This document shows positions 1 through 11,986 of a stretch of DNA of 64,000 bases, piece by piece. The translations under genes and the position numbers were made by a program. This stretch comes from Camelus dromedarius (Eukaryota), in assembly GCF_036321535.1 (NCBI RefSeq), contig NC_087437.1, forward strand, positions 10,790,001 to 10,854,000, read 5' to 3'. The notes beneath the pieces are model-generated. The model did not search any database. It had not been told where the DNA came from and saw only the letters and a list, made by a program, of their open reading frames with translations. Position 1 is the stretch's first letter. Each line of letters opens with the position of its first letter.

Positions 1-194
1 GAGCTCTAGAGTTCCTGTAAGTCTCTTAATTCTCTTCCTGGTTTTTTTTCTTTTTTCTGTTATTTTCAAAAGGCTCTTTGGGGTGTGGGTTGTTTTCTTG
101 TGTGTGTTTGTTTTGGTTTGGTTTTGTCTATTTCCTGCTTCCTTCCTCCTTATAACTTCTTTACTTACTGTTAGAACTGCCTCAACTGGGAGCA

Positions 195-352
195 CTGGAA
201 TCCCTCTGAACCTGTGTCTCAGTTTCTTTCTTTGTAAAATGAGAGTCATCACGGTTACCTACCTGGCAGGTTGATGATGAAGACCAAATTATGTAGTCAG
301 TGAAAATCCATTAGAACAGTGCCAGGCAGGTAAACACTGCATAATTGTTAGC
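195..352 (+). mobile_element. MIR fragment
   Basis: gtctcagtttctttctttgtaaaatgagagtc...acctacct...ttagaacagtgccaggca. Confidence 0.7.
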
Positions 353-2486
353 CATTTTTAATGTATTATTCTTAGTATGTGGAGTTACAACTTTCTGTGA
401 TGTACATGCCATACTTTTTAACGTCATGGTAGAAACACAGGGAACCAGTGCCATTACCCTCCCAAGTACACACGCCAAGTCTGGAAACTTCTGTGGGATT
501 TATGAACACTCTGCCACTTTCAAAGAACGTCTCTGGTGTGTGTCACGTAGCACTCACTCGGAGTGTGGGCTTGCGGCCAGCTCTGTAATTGCTGTTAATT
601 TACTGTATCATTAACAGAATTAGTCATTGTTTCATTTTAGACTGTGTTAAAATATCGTTTACTTCCACACTGTTGTGGGCTATATAAAAAATCAAATTGT
701 CACTTCCAGCTAGCTATGATGAATACTTTGTACTGTGTTGTCTGTATGTTGAATTATTAATCTCTTAAGATAAATAACTGCCACTTGTTATGTCTACAAA
801 CATGAAATGTATTACTTCTTTCCCAAAGGATAAAGGAAGTCTGTTTATTATTTCCATTTTACATTTAGCAAATCTGTAAATATGCTACGTCTTACAGAAT
901 CGCCTTGGGTAATGTGAGACCTATAAAAAATGTAAACAAAATAAAAAGGAGAGCTTTCTCCTTATGTTTATGTTTATGTAACTGTCTTTAATTTAGCAGC
1001 AACTTTCATATGGTAGGTCATTTATCATGCACTGTCCATGGACTCCATTAAGTAGCTCAGCTGTTACGCTTTGTAATTAATTGTCATTACGTATGAGACA
1101 CTTCAGCAGTTATAGAGCAGAAATGAATCACCATGTCTCAGAAACGTGGGTTCCTGGGACACCTGTTCAGTTATGTCTTCTCTGTGCAGTGCTAATTAAT
1201 AAGTAAGTGTTGCTGGACCAGCACCGTCCTGCATCACGGTTTTAAGTTCAGTGTTCAAGAACAGCTGTCCCGCCGTCTGATCTGGGAGGTGCGAGGTGAT
1301 TCCTCTGTGGGAAGGGTGCACTTGGAGAGGTTGGGTTCTGGTTTTGAGGGTTTTGTGGGCATCTATTGTGTGCATGCTCAGTCAGCTCCAACAGTGGGCA
1401 AGTGTAGGTGTGTCTTGTGCACACCTTTATGTTTCGATACCATGTCATCTTCACTTCCCTCTCAGCTGTTTGGGATTCAGCAGTTTTTGAATCCATATAG
1501 GACAGTATTACTGAAAATTTGTCCAAGCTATGAAAACCCATTTTTAGAAAACTCATACAGCCAGCTTTTTAAAAATTTCTTGGTTGTTCTAAAGTACTGT
1601 ATTTCTTTTTTTTTTAAATAGATTTCTTTTTTAAATGACCTTTAAAAGGTTGTTAAAATCCATGCCTTCAAATGGTAGAGCTGTACTCCTAGGAATGTCC
1701 TACTCCGGGAGCTTTGTTAAGTTTCTGTATTTCCCTTTTTTTTTTTTAAACTGATTTGAGGGAGGAAACTTCTACACAAATGCCAAACAAAAATTGACTG
1801 AGCTGGTTTCAGGCTACTTTGTCTTTACCAGATAGCATCCTGTTCAGAATAAAGTAATTGAGACACTATCTAAATACAAGAGATTTTTAAATAAAGATGT
1901 AAGTGTAAGTTGACTCTTCCCAAGGGATGCTTTTATTGCCGTATATTTTGGCGCATGTAGTATAGTCTGGTCTCAAACTGGTCTTGTTCTTGAAGCCCAT
2001 GAAGAAACAAATGCAAAACACTCTGCAATCCAAGGCACATGGGATTTCTACAGAAAAATAAAGAGTGCACACCGAGGATGAGCTCACATCGGAGGGGATA
2101 GTCCACACTGCGATGCAGTCCTGCCAGAAAGGAGAGTCTGCTGGAGACCATTGCTGATGCTTGAGACGGTAGAACAAGTCAAAAGAGGCAAAATAATGGT
2201 TTAAGGAGTACAAAATGGACAAGGAAAGCATAGTGAAAGAACAAGCCTCTAATTAAAAAGAGCACACAAATTTGAAAAACCAAGTTGAGCCTTACTCAAT
2301 AGAAGTATGTTCCTGAAACATTCTGTACAAATTGAGGTTTTACAAGAAGGAGTCTGATCTTTGGAGTCAGGTCATTCTCGGGTCCTGCTTTGCAGGACGC
2401 GGGAGCAGTCCGTCGCTGCGTGTTTGGAAAGGACGCTGAGAACTGAGTAAGGTGCTTCCATCTCCCAAGAGATTTGGATAGAAGAC

Positions 2487-2616
2487 TTTTTTTTTTAATT
2501 ATTTTTTAAATTTTTGGGGGTGGGGGGAGGTAATTAGGTTTATTTAATTTTGGAGGAGGTACTGGGGATTGAACCCAGGACCTTGTGTATGCTAAGCATG
2601 TGCTCTATCACTGAGC
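2487..2616 (-). mobile_element. tRNA-derived SINE (vic-1-like), first ~12 nt missing
   Basis: Reverse complement gctcagtgatagagcacatgcttagcatacacaaggtcctgggttcaatccccagtacctcc plus A-rich tail; B-box GGTTCAATCC. Confidence 0.85.
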
Positions 2617-2807
2617 ATTTTCTAGTTGCGTACTTTTTTACTTCTACATTTGAAAGGAACAGCAGAAGACTTTTAAAATTTCAGTGTCTATACTATCAAG
2701 TTTTTTATTTTTAATCATTTAAATTGTACTTGAAAGCTTTCAAAAAGTATCTCTGACCCGCAGCCAAATGGAACATGCAAGGTGGAGATCATCTTCATGC
2801 ATCATGG

Positions 2808-2983
2808 TTTCTTTTTTCTTTTTTCTTTTTGTTTGTTTTTGTTTTGTTTTTATTTTTGTGTGTGTGGGGGGGAGGTAATTAGGTTTATTTATTTCTTTAT
2901 TTTTAGAGGAGGTACTGGGGATTGAACCCAGGACCTCGTGCATGCTAAGCATGCTCACTACCCCTTGAGATATACCCTCCCCC
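2808..2983 (-). mobile_element. tRNA-derived SINE (vic-1-like), long form
   Basis: ggggagggtatatctcaag...gcttagcatgcacgaggtcctgggttcaatccccagtacctcc...acctaattacctcccccc plus tail. Imperfect TSD catcatggt/catcatagt. Confidence 0.88.
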
Positions 2984-3639
2984 ACATCATAGTAATGTTT
3001 AATTTTAATTCCCCTACTGTCAGTTATTCAAGACGGAATATATTTCCACGTTTTTTTTAATTGGGGAGGGATTTTGTTTTGTTCTGGTAATGTATATTTC
3101 TTAGCGTGTCTCAGATTTGTGATTCCCCTCGTTTATAATGTGTTCTTCCAGTTTTTATCGTGTTGGTAGTACTTTAAAATAACCTGAAGATGTGTTAGTT
3201 ATTGGGACAGCACTCTTGAGTCAGCTTTAAAAAAGGAGCACTTGAAATCTCAAGGAGGGTAGTAGTCTGACATTTTCAAATGTGCACGAACAACCTGTTC
3301 ACATAAACAGTTTCATAGGGAGCCTATGGCTGAGATCCATTTGAATGATGTTAACCCTGCTATTTTTGGACCTTTGTTACATGATTCACTGATTTATGGC
3401 ACAGGGGCTCCAAATGTTTCCTCTCTGGGTCTCCATGGAAAAGTATTTTCAAGAGGAATGTAGTTCTCACTGATCTCATACTTCCTCAGTAAAATCACAG
3501 TGCCACTTATCTCCTGATCAAACTCTTTTGAAAAATGGAAGCTGTGTTAAAAAGAGAAGTTATTACTGAAATCTTATTTTAATTGATCACTTTTACTGTC
3601 ATTATCAGCTTTCCAGCTTTGAGGTGTTTATTTGCTTGA

Positions 3640-3829
3640 TTTATTTTTTTTACTTGAAGTATAGTCAATTACAATGAGTCAATTTCTGGTAGAAACAGAC
3701 TCTCAGATATAGTAAACAATCTTACAGTTACTGGGGAAAGGGGGTGGTAAGGGATAAATTTGGGAGTCTGAGATTTACAAATGTTAGCCACTATATATAA
3801 AAATAGATTTTAAAAAAAAGTTTCTTCTA
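3640..3829 (-). mobile_element. Short L1 3' end with 5' inversion
   Basis: PolyT plus antisense L1 tail (3640-3690) joined to a sense L1 3'UTR piece (3691-3829). TSD tatttgctt at 3629-3637 and 3830-3838. Confidence 0.8.
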
Positions 3830-3907
3830 TATTTGCTTCAAAACATTTTTCTAAATTGCGTATAGAGTCAGTTAGTCAGAAATACTTTATTAAAATGTTT
3901 TCTTCTC

Positions 3908-4014
3908 AGAGGAGGGTATTGCTCAGTAGTAGAGCCCCAGTAACTCTGTTTAAAAAAAAAAAAAAACCTAATTTACCCCCTCCCCAAAACAAAACAACAA
4001 CAATAAAAATAAAA
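3908..4014 (+). mobile_element. vic-1-like SINE with internal deletion
   Basis: gagggtattgctcagtagtagag|ccccagtaactc lacks the middle of the tRNA region. 17-bp TSD taaaatgttt(t/c)cttctc at 3891-3907 and 4015-4031. Confidence 0.85.
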
Positions 4015-6129
4015 TAAAATGTTTCCTTCTCTACCTCTGTTCATACCTTCCATGATCTCTCTCCCCTTCTGTGGAATGTTATCTGTGCTCTGGAGCAGGG
4101 GGGTGGGATAAAGAAAACACATTTCAAATGCAAGTGATGGGGGAATGATTATGTGAACACATGCACTCTGCAGTGATCTTGTGGAATCAGGAGAGGTGAG
4201 GAAGGGGAGGGGGACTCACACAGCTTGAGCTCCTGCTGGGTGCCAGGCCTGGGAGTAGAACCAACCTTGTACTGCAGTCATCACAGCCACTAATGGGACA
4301 GCTGTTGTTTCCCTGTTTCACACGGGAAGTTTTCTGTATCACTAAATCCAAATCATGTTTTAACACGTCCTTAATATATGTAAGATATTCTGAAAAGTCC
4401 TATCTTCCTTGCCTCTGAAAACAGGACCCTCGATATAGTTTTACCTGTCCTTGAGGAATGATAGCTATCATGTAAACATCAGTATTGAGCTCTGCTTCAA
4501 ACACAGCGACGAGTGCAGAAGCAGGTGTATGTCGTGTGCCACGCAGAACTCGGTGGAACTGGAGTTTTCTTTATGGTCATTTTTTATCGTTAGTTTCTCT
4601 GTCAGGAGAGTGAAGGGTGCACTGCTGCTCAGCCCCCTGATCAAGATAACATGATGGGCTTTCTGGGAAACTGAGAGATCAGGGCAGTCTCCTGTAGGGT
4701 GAGGGCAAGGGGGCCAGGGTGCTTTCTCAGCCTCTAAAAATCTCCTTCTAACAGTTGCAAATCCTGTGGTATTTGTCAATATTCCAAACAGCATTTTCTG
4801 CTCTTGCATCCCAAATGTGTCTGGACTGCAGGCCTTTTATTATTCAGTTTGCCTGTATCCTCTTCTCTCTTTCCCCTGGGTTTATTGATGGGGTCTGAGA
4901 GGGAATGCTGGCTGTTTCAAGAGCTTTTATTAGCAAGTTTTTGCCTTGGTTGGGGAACACTTTTGCTGATGTGACCAGGCTACACATTTTTAAAGTTCTC
5001 TTTAGAATTTAAATAGGCAATGGCAGCAATAAAAAAAAAAAAAAACTATTATGTCAGAGTGCTTGGCACATACTGAGTGCTTACTAAATATTGATTATTT
5101 TTATTATTGGTTTAACTGTACGAAATGTCTCCTGAAATAGGGGAGGACAGTTTAGTAACGTGACATTATAGGGCAGAAAGCTGGTAAAAATCTCTTCTGC
5201 TTTCTCATGATATTCTGCACAGTTTTCCGGCACTCAATCTATTACAAGTTATGATTCTGAAATGCTCTTTTACCTAAAGAACAGTAAGTAAGATGATACA
5301 GCCCCTCAGAGACGTGTGTGTTTAAGCACAAGCCTGTGATGTATTAGCATTTGTTCCGCCAACAATGGGCTCTTTCTGCGTGCCAGGCGCTGCATCGGAC
5401 ATCAGTTGAAGAGAAACACTTTCACAAATAATTCTCGGTTTGGTGAGGCGGTTCCCATGAAAGTGTAGTAATAGTGGAAATACAATGAGGGACCCCCGAA
5501 GAGATCGTGGTTTACATTGCAGTAGGTAGATGGGTGACACTTCTTGAAACTCTGGGATCATGAATTTTTTCCAGCTTCAAAAGGAGATATTTGTGGGAGT
5601 CTATAGCATTAGAACATGTGAAACAATCCATCTTCCTGTTTAATTCAGTGGTCTATTCATGAACAGCTGGAAAACTGCAGAATATCCTGAGAAAGCAGAA
5701 GAGACGTTTCCCATCTTTCTGCCCTATAATGTCACGTCACTAAATTGTCCTCCAGATTAATATAGTATTTCAGGAGAGATTTTGTACAGTTAAACTAATA
5801 ATAAAAATAATCAATATTTAGTAAGCAGTCAGTATGTGCCAAGCACTCCGACGTAACAATTTTTATTGTTGCTATTGCCTATTTAAATACCAAAGAGAAC
5901 TTCAAACATGTGTAGCCTGGTCACGACAGAAGTTGACAAGCATCACCAAAGTAGATTCTTTTTATCAGTATTATAAAACAAAGTATAAAGCCTTCTCTGT
6001 CTTAAAAGCCCACAAGGTTCTTTGCAAACTCATTATTTTTTATCCAACTATACTTCACTTTTAGTAAAATATCTCCCCTTAAAACACTAGAGAGTCAACA
6101 GTAAAAAAAAAAAAAGAAAAGAAAAAAAC

Positions 6130-7760
6130 CTAGTTAGAAATGGGCCAAAGACATGAGCATCCTCTCTCATGACAGAGGGTGTCCAGATAGCAAATCATCA
6201 CATGGAAAAGTGCTCAACATCATTAGCAACTAAGGAAATGCAAATTAAAGCCTCAATGACATGTTGCTACACCCTATCAGAATGGCAAACATAAAGCATA
6301 TTGATATCACTGAATGCCAGCAAGGATGCAGGAAAACTGGATTACACTGCTGGCATCAGTGTAAAATGGTACAACCACTCTGAAAAGAAGTCTGGCAGTT
6401 TCTTATAAAGTTAAATATGAGCTCACCATATAGGTCAACAATTATACTCTTGGACATTTATCCTAGAGATGTAAAAACTTATATTCACACATACACAAAT
6501 ATTCATAGCAGCTTTATTTGTTTTGGGGTTTTTTAAAGATTTTTTTTAGGTTTTTTTTTTTTTTTAATTGAAGTACAGTCAGTTACAATGTGTCAATTTC
6601 TGGTGTACAGCACAGTGTCCCAGTCATGCATATACATATGTATATTCATTTTCATATTCTTTTTCATTAAAGGTTATTACAAGATATTGAACATAGTTCC
6701 TTGTGCTATGCAGAGGAACTTTTTTTTAACCTACTTTTATATATAGTGGCTAACATTTGTAAGTCTCAAACTCCCAAATTTATCCCTTCTCACCCCCTTT
6801 CCCTGGTAACCATTAGATTGTTTACTATGTCTGCAAGTCTGTTTCTGTTTTGTAGATGAGTTCATAGTGTCCTTCTTTTTTTCCTTTTTTTCTTTTTTAG
6901 ATTCCACATGTAAGTGATATCATATGGTATTTTTCTTTCTCTTTCTGGCTTACTTTGTTTAGAATGACGATCTCCAGGTCCATTCATGTGGCTGCAAATG
7001 GCATTATTTTATTCTTTTTATGGCTGAGTAGTATTCCATTGTATAAATGTGTCACAACTTCTTTATCCAGTCATCTATCAGTGGACATTTAGGTTGCTTC
7101 CATGTCTTGGCTATTGTACGTAGGGCATACATAGCAGCTTTATTTGTAATAGCCAAAAACTGGAAACAAACAGTGGGTAAAAGGTTAAACAAACTGGTAC
7201 ATCCACATTGTGAAATACTCCTCAACAATAAAAACAACAAACTCTTGAAACAGGAAACAACTTAGATGGATCTCAGGGGCATTATGCAGAGTGAAAAGGG
7301 CCAATTTCAAAAAGTGACATCCCATGTGATTTCATTTATATAGTATTCTTGAAGTGACAGAATTATAGAGATGAGGAACAGAGTTGTGGTTGTTGAGAAC
7401 TAAGAAGGGAGGCAAGGAGGAAGGTGACTGTGGCTGTTGAAGGGTCACACAAAGGATGTGAGTGATGGAGTGTGCTGTGTCTTGACAGTGATGGTGGTCA
7501 CACAAATCTACACACGATACAGTTGCAGAGAAACATGTATATCCGTGAGTGCATGTAGAACTGGTGATGTGCAGGCAAGGTCAGTGGACCTTATCATTGT
7601 CAGTTTCCTGTGATGCTGTACTGTCATTATGCTGGATGTTACCTTTGGGAGAAACTGAGGGAAGGATGTATGTGGTCTGTCTGTATTGTTTCTTCCTCAT
7701 CTGAATCTATAATTATCTATTATTTTAATTATCTCAGAATTAAAAGTTAAAAAAAAAAGA
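6130..7760 (+). mobile_element. Old L1M (L1MC-like) ORF2 end and 3'UTR, interrupted by a younger L1
   Basis: aaaagtgctcaacatcattagcaactaaggaaatgcaaattaaag...; the element resumes at 7130 after the nested insertion. Confidence 0.75.
6522..7129 (-). mobile_element. Younger L1 3' fragment nested in the old L1
   Basis: PolyT, attgaagtacagtcagttacaatg...; minus-strand ORF remnant TIAKTWKQPKCPLIDDWIKKL. Perfect 18-bp TSD catagcagctttatttgt at 6504-6521 and 7130-7147. Confidence 0.92.
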
Positions 7761-7867
7761 GAACAGAGGCATTGAGGCTGGACTTTTGGATCAACAAAAT
7801 TATGTTCAAATTCCAGCTCCACCACTCACCAACCATGGGGCCATGAGCCAGGTCTTTAACCTTTCTG

Positions 7868-9345
7868 TTGTGATGAGAACCCTTAGGATTTACTCTCTTG
7901 ATTGTTTACGTGTATAACAAATCGCAGTGTTAATTATATTTATCATGCTGTACATTACATCCCTAGTACTTATTTATCTTATAACTGGAAGTTTATCTTT
8001 TGACTGCCTTCATTTAATTCCCTCTCTGCTCATAAATCTGATCTCTTTTTCTATGAGTTTGTTTTTGAAGTATAATTGATCTCCAACTCTGTGTTAGTTC
8101 CTAATACACAACATACTGATGTGATATTTCTGTGCATTTCAAAGTGATCACCATGATAAGCCTAGTTACCATCTGTCACCATTACAAAGATAGCACATTA
8201 TTATTGACTGTATTCCCCACACTGTGCATTTCATCCCCATGACTCTATATTGTAACTGCAAGTTTGCACCTCTTAATCTCCCTCACCTGTTTCTCTCCTC
8301 TCCCCACTCACCTCCCCTCTGGCAACCACCTGTTAGTTCTCTGTTATCTGTGACTGTTTCTGTTTGTTCATTTGTTTTGTTTTTTGAGATTCCACATGTA
8401 AGTGAAATCATACTGTATATTTGTCTTTGACTGACTTATTTCATTTAGCATAATACCCTCTAGATCCATCCATGTTGCTGCAAATGGCAAGATTTCATTG
8501 TTTTTATGGCTGAGTAATATTCCATATTTGTGTATATTTTTATACACTCACACACACACACACACACACATATATATGCTACATCTTTATCCATTCATTT
8601 ATCAATGGGCACTTAGGTTGCTTCCATAGCTTGGCTATTATAAATAATGCTGCAGTAAACATAGTGGTGTGTGTATCTTTTAATTTTTTTTTAAGTGAAA
8701 GCAGGTTTATTTAGAGAGATACACACTCCATAGACAGAGTGCGGGCCGTCTCAGAAGGCAAGAGAGAGAGTGACCTTGACGTGCAGAACTGTTAGGTTTT
8801 ATGGGCTTGGTAATTTTATATGCTAATGAGTAGGAGGATTATTCCAGCTATTTTCAGGAAGGGACAGGGATTTCCATGAATCTAGCCCCCTCCCACTTTT
8901 TGATCTATCCCATCAGCCTAGAAGCTGTCATGGCTTTGTGGGTGTGCCATGAGGCTCAAGGTCAACTGGAAGTCGAATCTTCCACCATCTTGATTCTAAA
9001 CAGTCTGTCCTGTCCTCAGTTGCTGTGTCATTCATTCAATGGTTGTGCCCTGTATATCTTTTTAAGTTAGTGTTTTCGTCTTCTTCAGGTAAATACCCAG
9101 GAGTGGAATTACTAGATGACATGATAGGAGTATAAATTGGGGCAGCAACAGTGGAAAACAGTGTGGAGAGTTCTCTGTTTGTTTATTTAAATTTTTCTTA
9201 CAGTTTTATTAAGATATAATTGGTATATAACATTGTATTAATTTTAGCTATATAGCATCATTATTTGTTATACGTATATATCGTGAAATAAGTACCACAA
9301 TAAATTTAGTTCACATCTATCACCTCACATAGTTACAATTTCTTT
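7868..9345 (-). mobile_element. Composite L1 3' region inserted into a MIR, hosting a nested LTR retrocopy
   Basis: Antisense L1 3'UTR/ORF2 end at 7868-8683 and 9051-9127, sense piece at 9128-9177, antisense tail at 9180-9345. MIR halves at about 7775-7867 and 9336-9410. Confidence 0.8.
8684..9050 (-). mobile_element. MER41-like ERV1 LTR fragment (U3-R) ending in polyA, with a long TSD
   Basis: Minus strand ...gaataatcctcctactcattagcatataaaa...ctgtctatggagtgtgtatctctctaAATAAAcctgctttcactt-An resembles the MER41 consensus as I recall it. Flanked by tgtgtatcttttaa (8670-8683) and tgtatatctttttaa (9051-9065). Confidence 0.72.
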
Positions 9346-9489
9346 ATTTTTAAAGTGAGTACAATAATAATGCTTCCATCCTTGAGTTGCTTTGATGATT
9401 AACTGGCTCAGAGTAATCAATCAATATCTGATAGGTTTTTCAAATACTGTTATTATATATAAAAGTCACTCATCATTTACATTAGATCA

Positions 9490-10780
9490 TAAAAATGTTT
9501 TATCTTTTCATCTAGCGCCTAAAGGGCTGGGTACTCTCACTCCTCTGTAGGATTTTAATATCTTTAGATATTCTCTATTTCATTAACTTCTGCCCATCTG
9601 TTTCTACTTTCATGAGATTTCCTCTGTTGTTCTTTTTTCTTCCTTAGTTGGACACTTAATGTCTTTCTTCCTTTTTAATATGTGCATTTGAAACTGTAGA
9701 TGTCTCTTTTTAAACTGTTTTAACCAAATCACAAATTTTGGTATTGGCAACCCAACATTTTTCCATTGTCTTTCCATTATAAACATAGCTGGTTTCTTTC
9801 TTTGATCCAAGAATTATTTGAAAATGTGTTTTTCAGTTTCCAGACGTGTAATGGGGGATCTTTATGGTCTTAATAATTTGGGGAAGTATGTTATGCTTCC
9901 TCGGTGGCTTAGCATGAGATCAGTTTTTATCAGTGTTTCTTACGGGCTTGGAGAAGAACATGTATTCTTTAATTGTTGAGTGTGGAATTTTATCTTTATT
10001 CAGTACCTTGATTCTATTAATTGGGTTTTTCATATTTTCATATCTTACTACATTTTGGTCTGGCTGACCTATCATCTACTGCAGTGAAAATGTCCCTCTT
10101 TGATTGTAGATGTGTCATTTTCTCCTTATAATGCTGCCAATTTCTACTGTTTATACTTTTGGCTGTGTTGTTAGGTATAACACATTCAGAAGTGTTATAC
10201 TTCCCTGATGAATTATTCATTTCATCATAATGCAGTTATTCTTTTTATTCACATTTGCCTTAAATACCCTTTGCCTTAAGTGTGTATTTGATCTGATAGT
10301 AATATAGTCATTTAAGCTCTTTTTTTAGCGACTGTTTACATAGTATATGTGCCCAGGATTTAGAATTCTCAGGGGAAACACTTTTCTCCCAACTCCCGTG
10401 CCCAGGGTTTCTCCAGCAAGTTTCTTAGCTCTCTCTCCCACAAAGCATCATCTTTTCAGGTCCAGCCTGACAGGCTAGCTGCTCGGGTGTCCTGATTTAT
10501 GGAAGGGGTCTCAATACCAACCCCTTGCGACATGCAGACCTCAGGTTTCATCTTCTGTGTCCATGAGGGCATCACAACCCCTGGCGGCTACACTGTTAGA
10601 TCAGGTGCTCACTGTAATTTTTGGTTCTCAGTTAGGGCCTCTGGGGATGCCCTCTGCAAATCAGCTATGTGTTTTAAAGAATGCTAGTTATATTTTCTTC
10701 AACATTTCTGGGTGTTTGGGTGTATGTTGGGGTGGGGAGATGTCAGGGTTATCTGACCTGGTGTATTGCCAAAAGGGCAG
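9490..10780 (-). mobile_element. Ancient, degraded L1M fragments (boundaries approximate)
   Basis: T-rich antisense L1-like text (ctttgatccaagaattatttgaaaatgtgtttttcagtttccag; ggagaagaacatgtattctttaattgttgagtgtgga). Confidence 0.5.
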
Positions 10781-11827
10781 TTCCCGTAAGGAGGGCTGCT
10801 CTAGCCTGAAAATGGTACCATGCTGTTGAACATTTGTAGAAGACCCGATCTGTCCTTTCTGACCTTGATATCATATGAATTAAGCAAATCTGTTGTCTGA
10901 GTGGATACACAGTGCCCTGGTGGGGCGGCAGCGCCATCAAAGATCTGCCATGTGTTTCTTGGTTCAAAATCATTTTGAACACAGGGTACCAGAAGGACTG
11001 GTCTTTAGAACATCAGGACTTTTTTAATATTTCAATTTGAAATTTTTGGAACATTTGTAAGCACAATATGAATAAATAGCAATAAAAACCTTATTGTTGC
11101 TTATGTAAGAAGTTTGTAAAGCAGAATTTTATCAGTTATAAAACTGATTTGGACTTAACATTTTCAGCCAAAATTCTTTTAAAGTGTTTATAACCATGTT
11201 TCAAAATTATGCTAAGCAAAGTATACTTGTGATCTAGCAATTAAAAGTAGGCTGCACTCATATTACATTCAAAATAGAGAATTTAAGGAGGAAAAGGTTT
11301 GTTAAGTTATAATTAATATAGTTTTTCTGGAAACTAAATGTATTGTTTACATATGTGCCCTACTTATGTTTTTAAACTGTAGCGTAAAATATTCATTTCC
11401 TTTTGTAGAATCGCCATGGGTTTTTTTTTTTTAATTTTATAAATGTACAAAATCCTTCAAATAACTGGCATCTGACAAAACTTCCCTTTGAAGTTTTTAG
11501 TTTTTGAAAATTTTTTTCTTTAAAGTTTTTTTAGAAGTTAGACTTAGTTTTCCCCTCATGAGCATTCCTGCAATTGTGCAGAGAGGAAATTAAGTCCCCA
11601 GAACATTAATTAAATGATTAGACTCTTCATCAAAAGGAGAATGTCATGGTTTGGCCGCTGGCCACTTGTCTGTGCCCAGAATGACAAGTTCTAAAGTAAT
11701 GATTTTGTTTATTGATCCTTCTCGTGTGCCTAAGGAGAAATTCAGCACATGGTGGACCAATGGCCCTTGGATTATTTTGTCTAGTAAAAGGTATGTCTAT
11801 TTATACCAACTTTACATTCTCTTCTAG

Positions 11828-11986
<159 letters not shown>

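Noticed and set aside
2740..2985. tRNA-like sequences with A and B boxes (also at 20282, 29637, 36009, 44767)
   Set aside because: They have A-rich tails, TSDs and many substitutions, so they are SINEs and not functional tRNA genes.
11775..11827. Apparent 6-nt microexon (ctAG|TAAAAG|GTATGT at 11785-11790) or cryptic upstream acceptor introducing a TAA
   Set aside because: The downstream intron would be only 37 nt, too short for the major spliceosome, and there is no evidence of use without RNA data.
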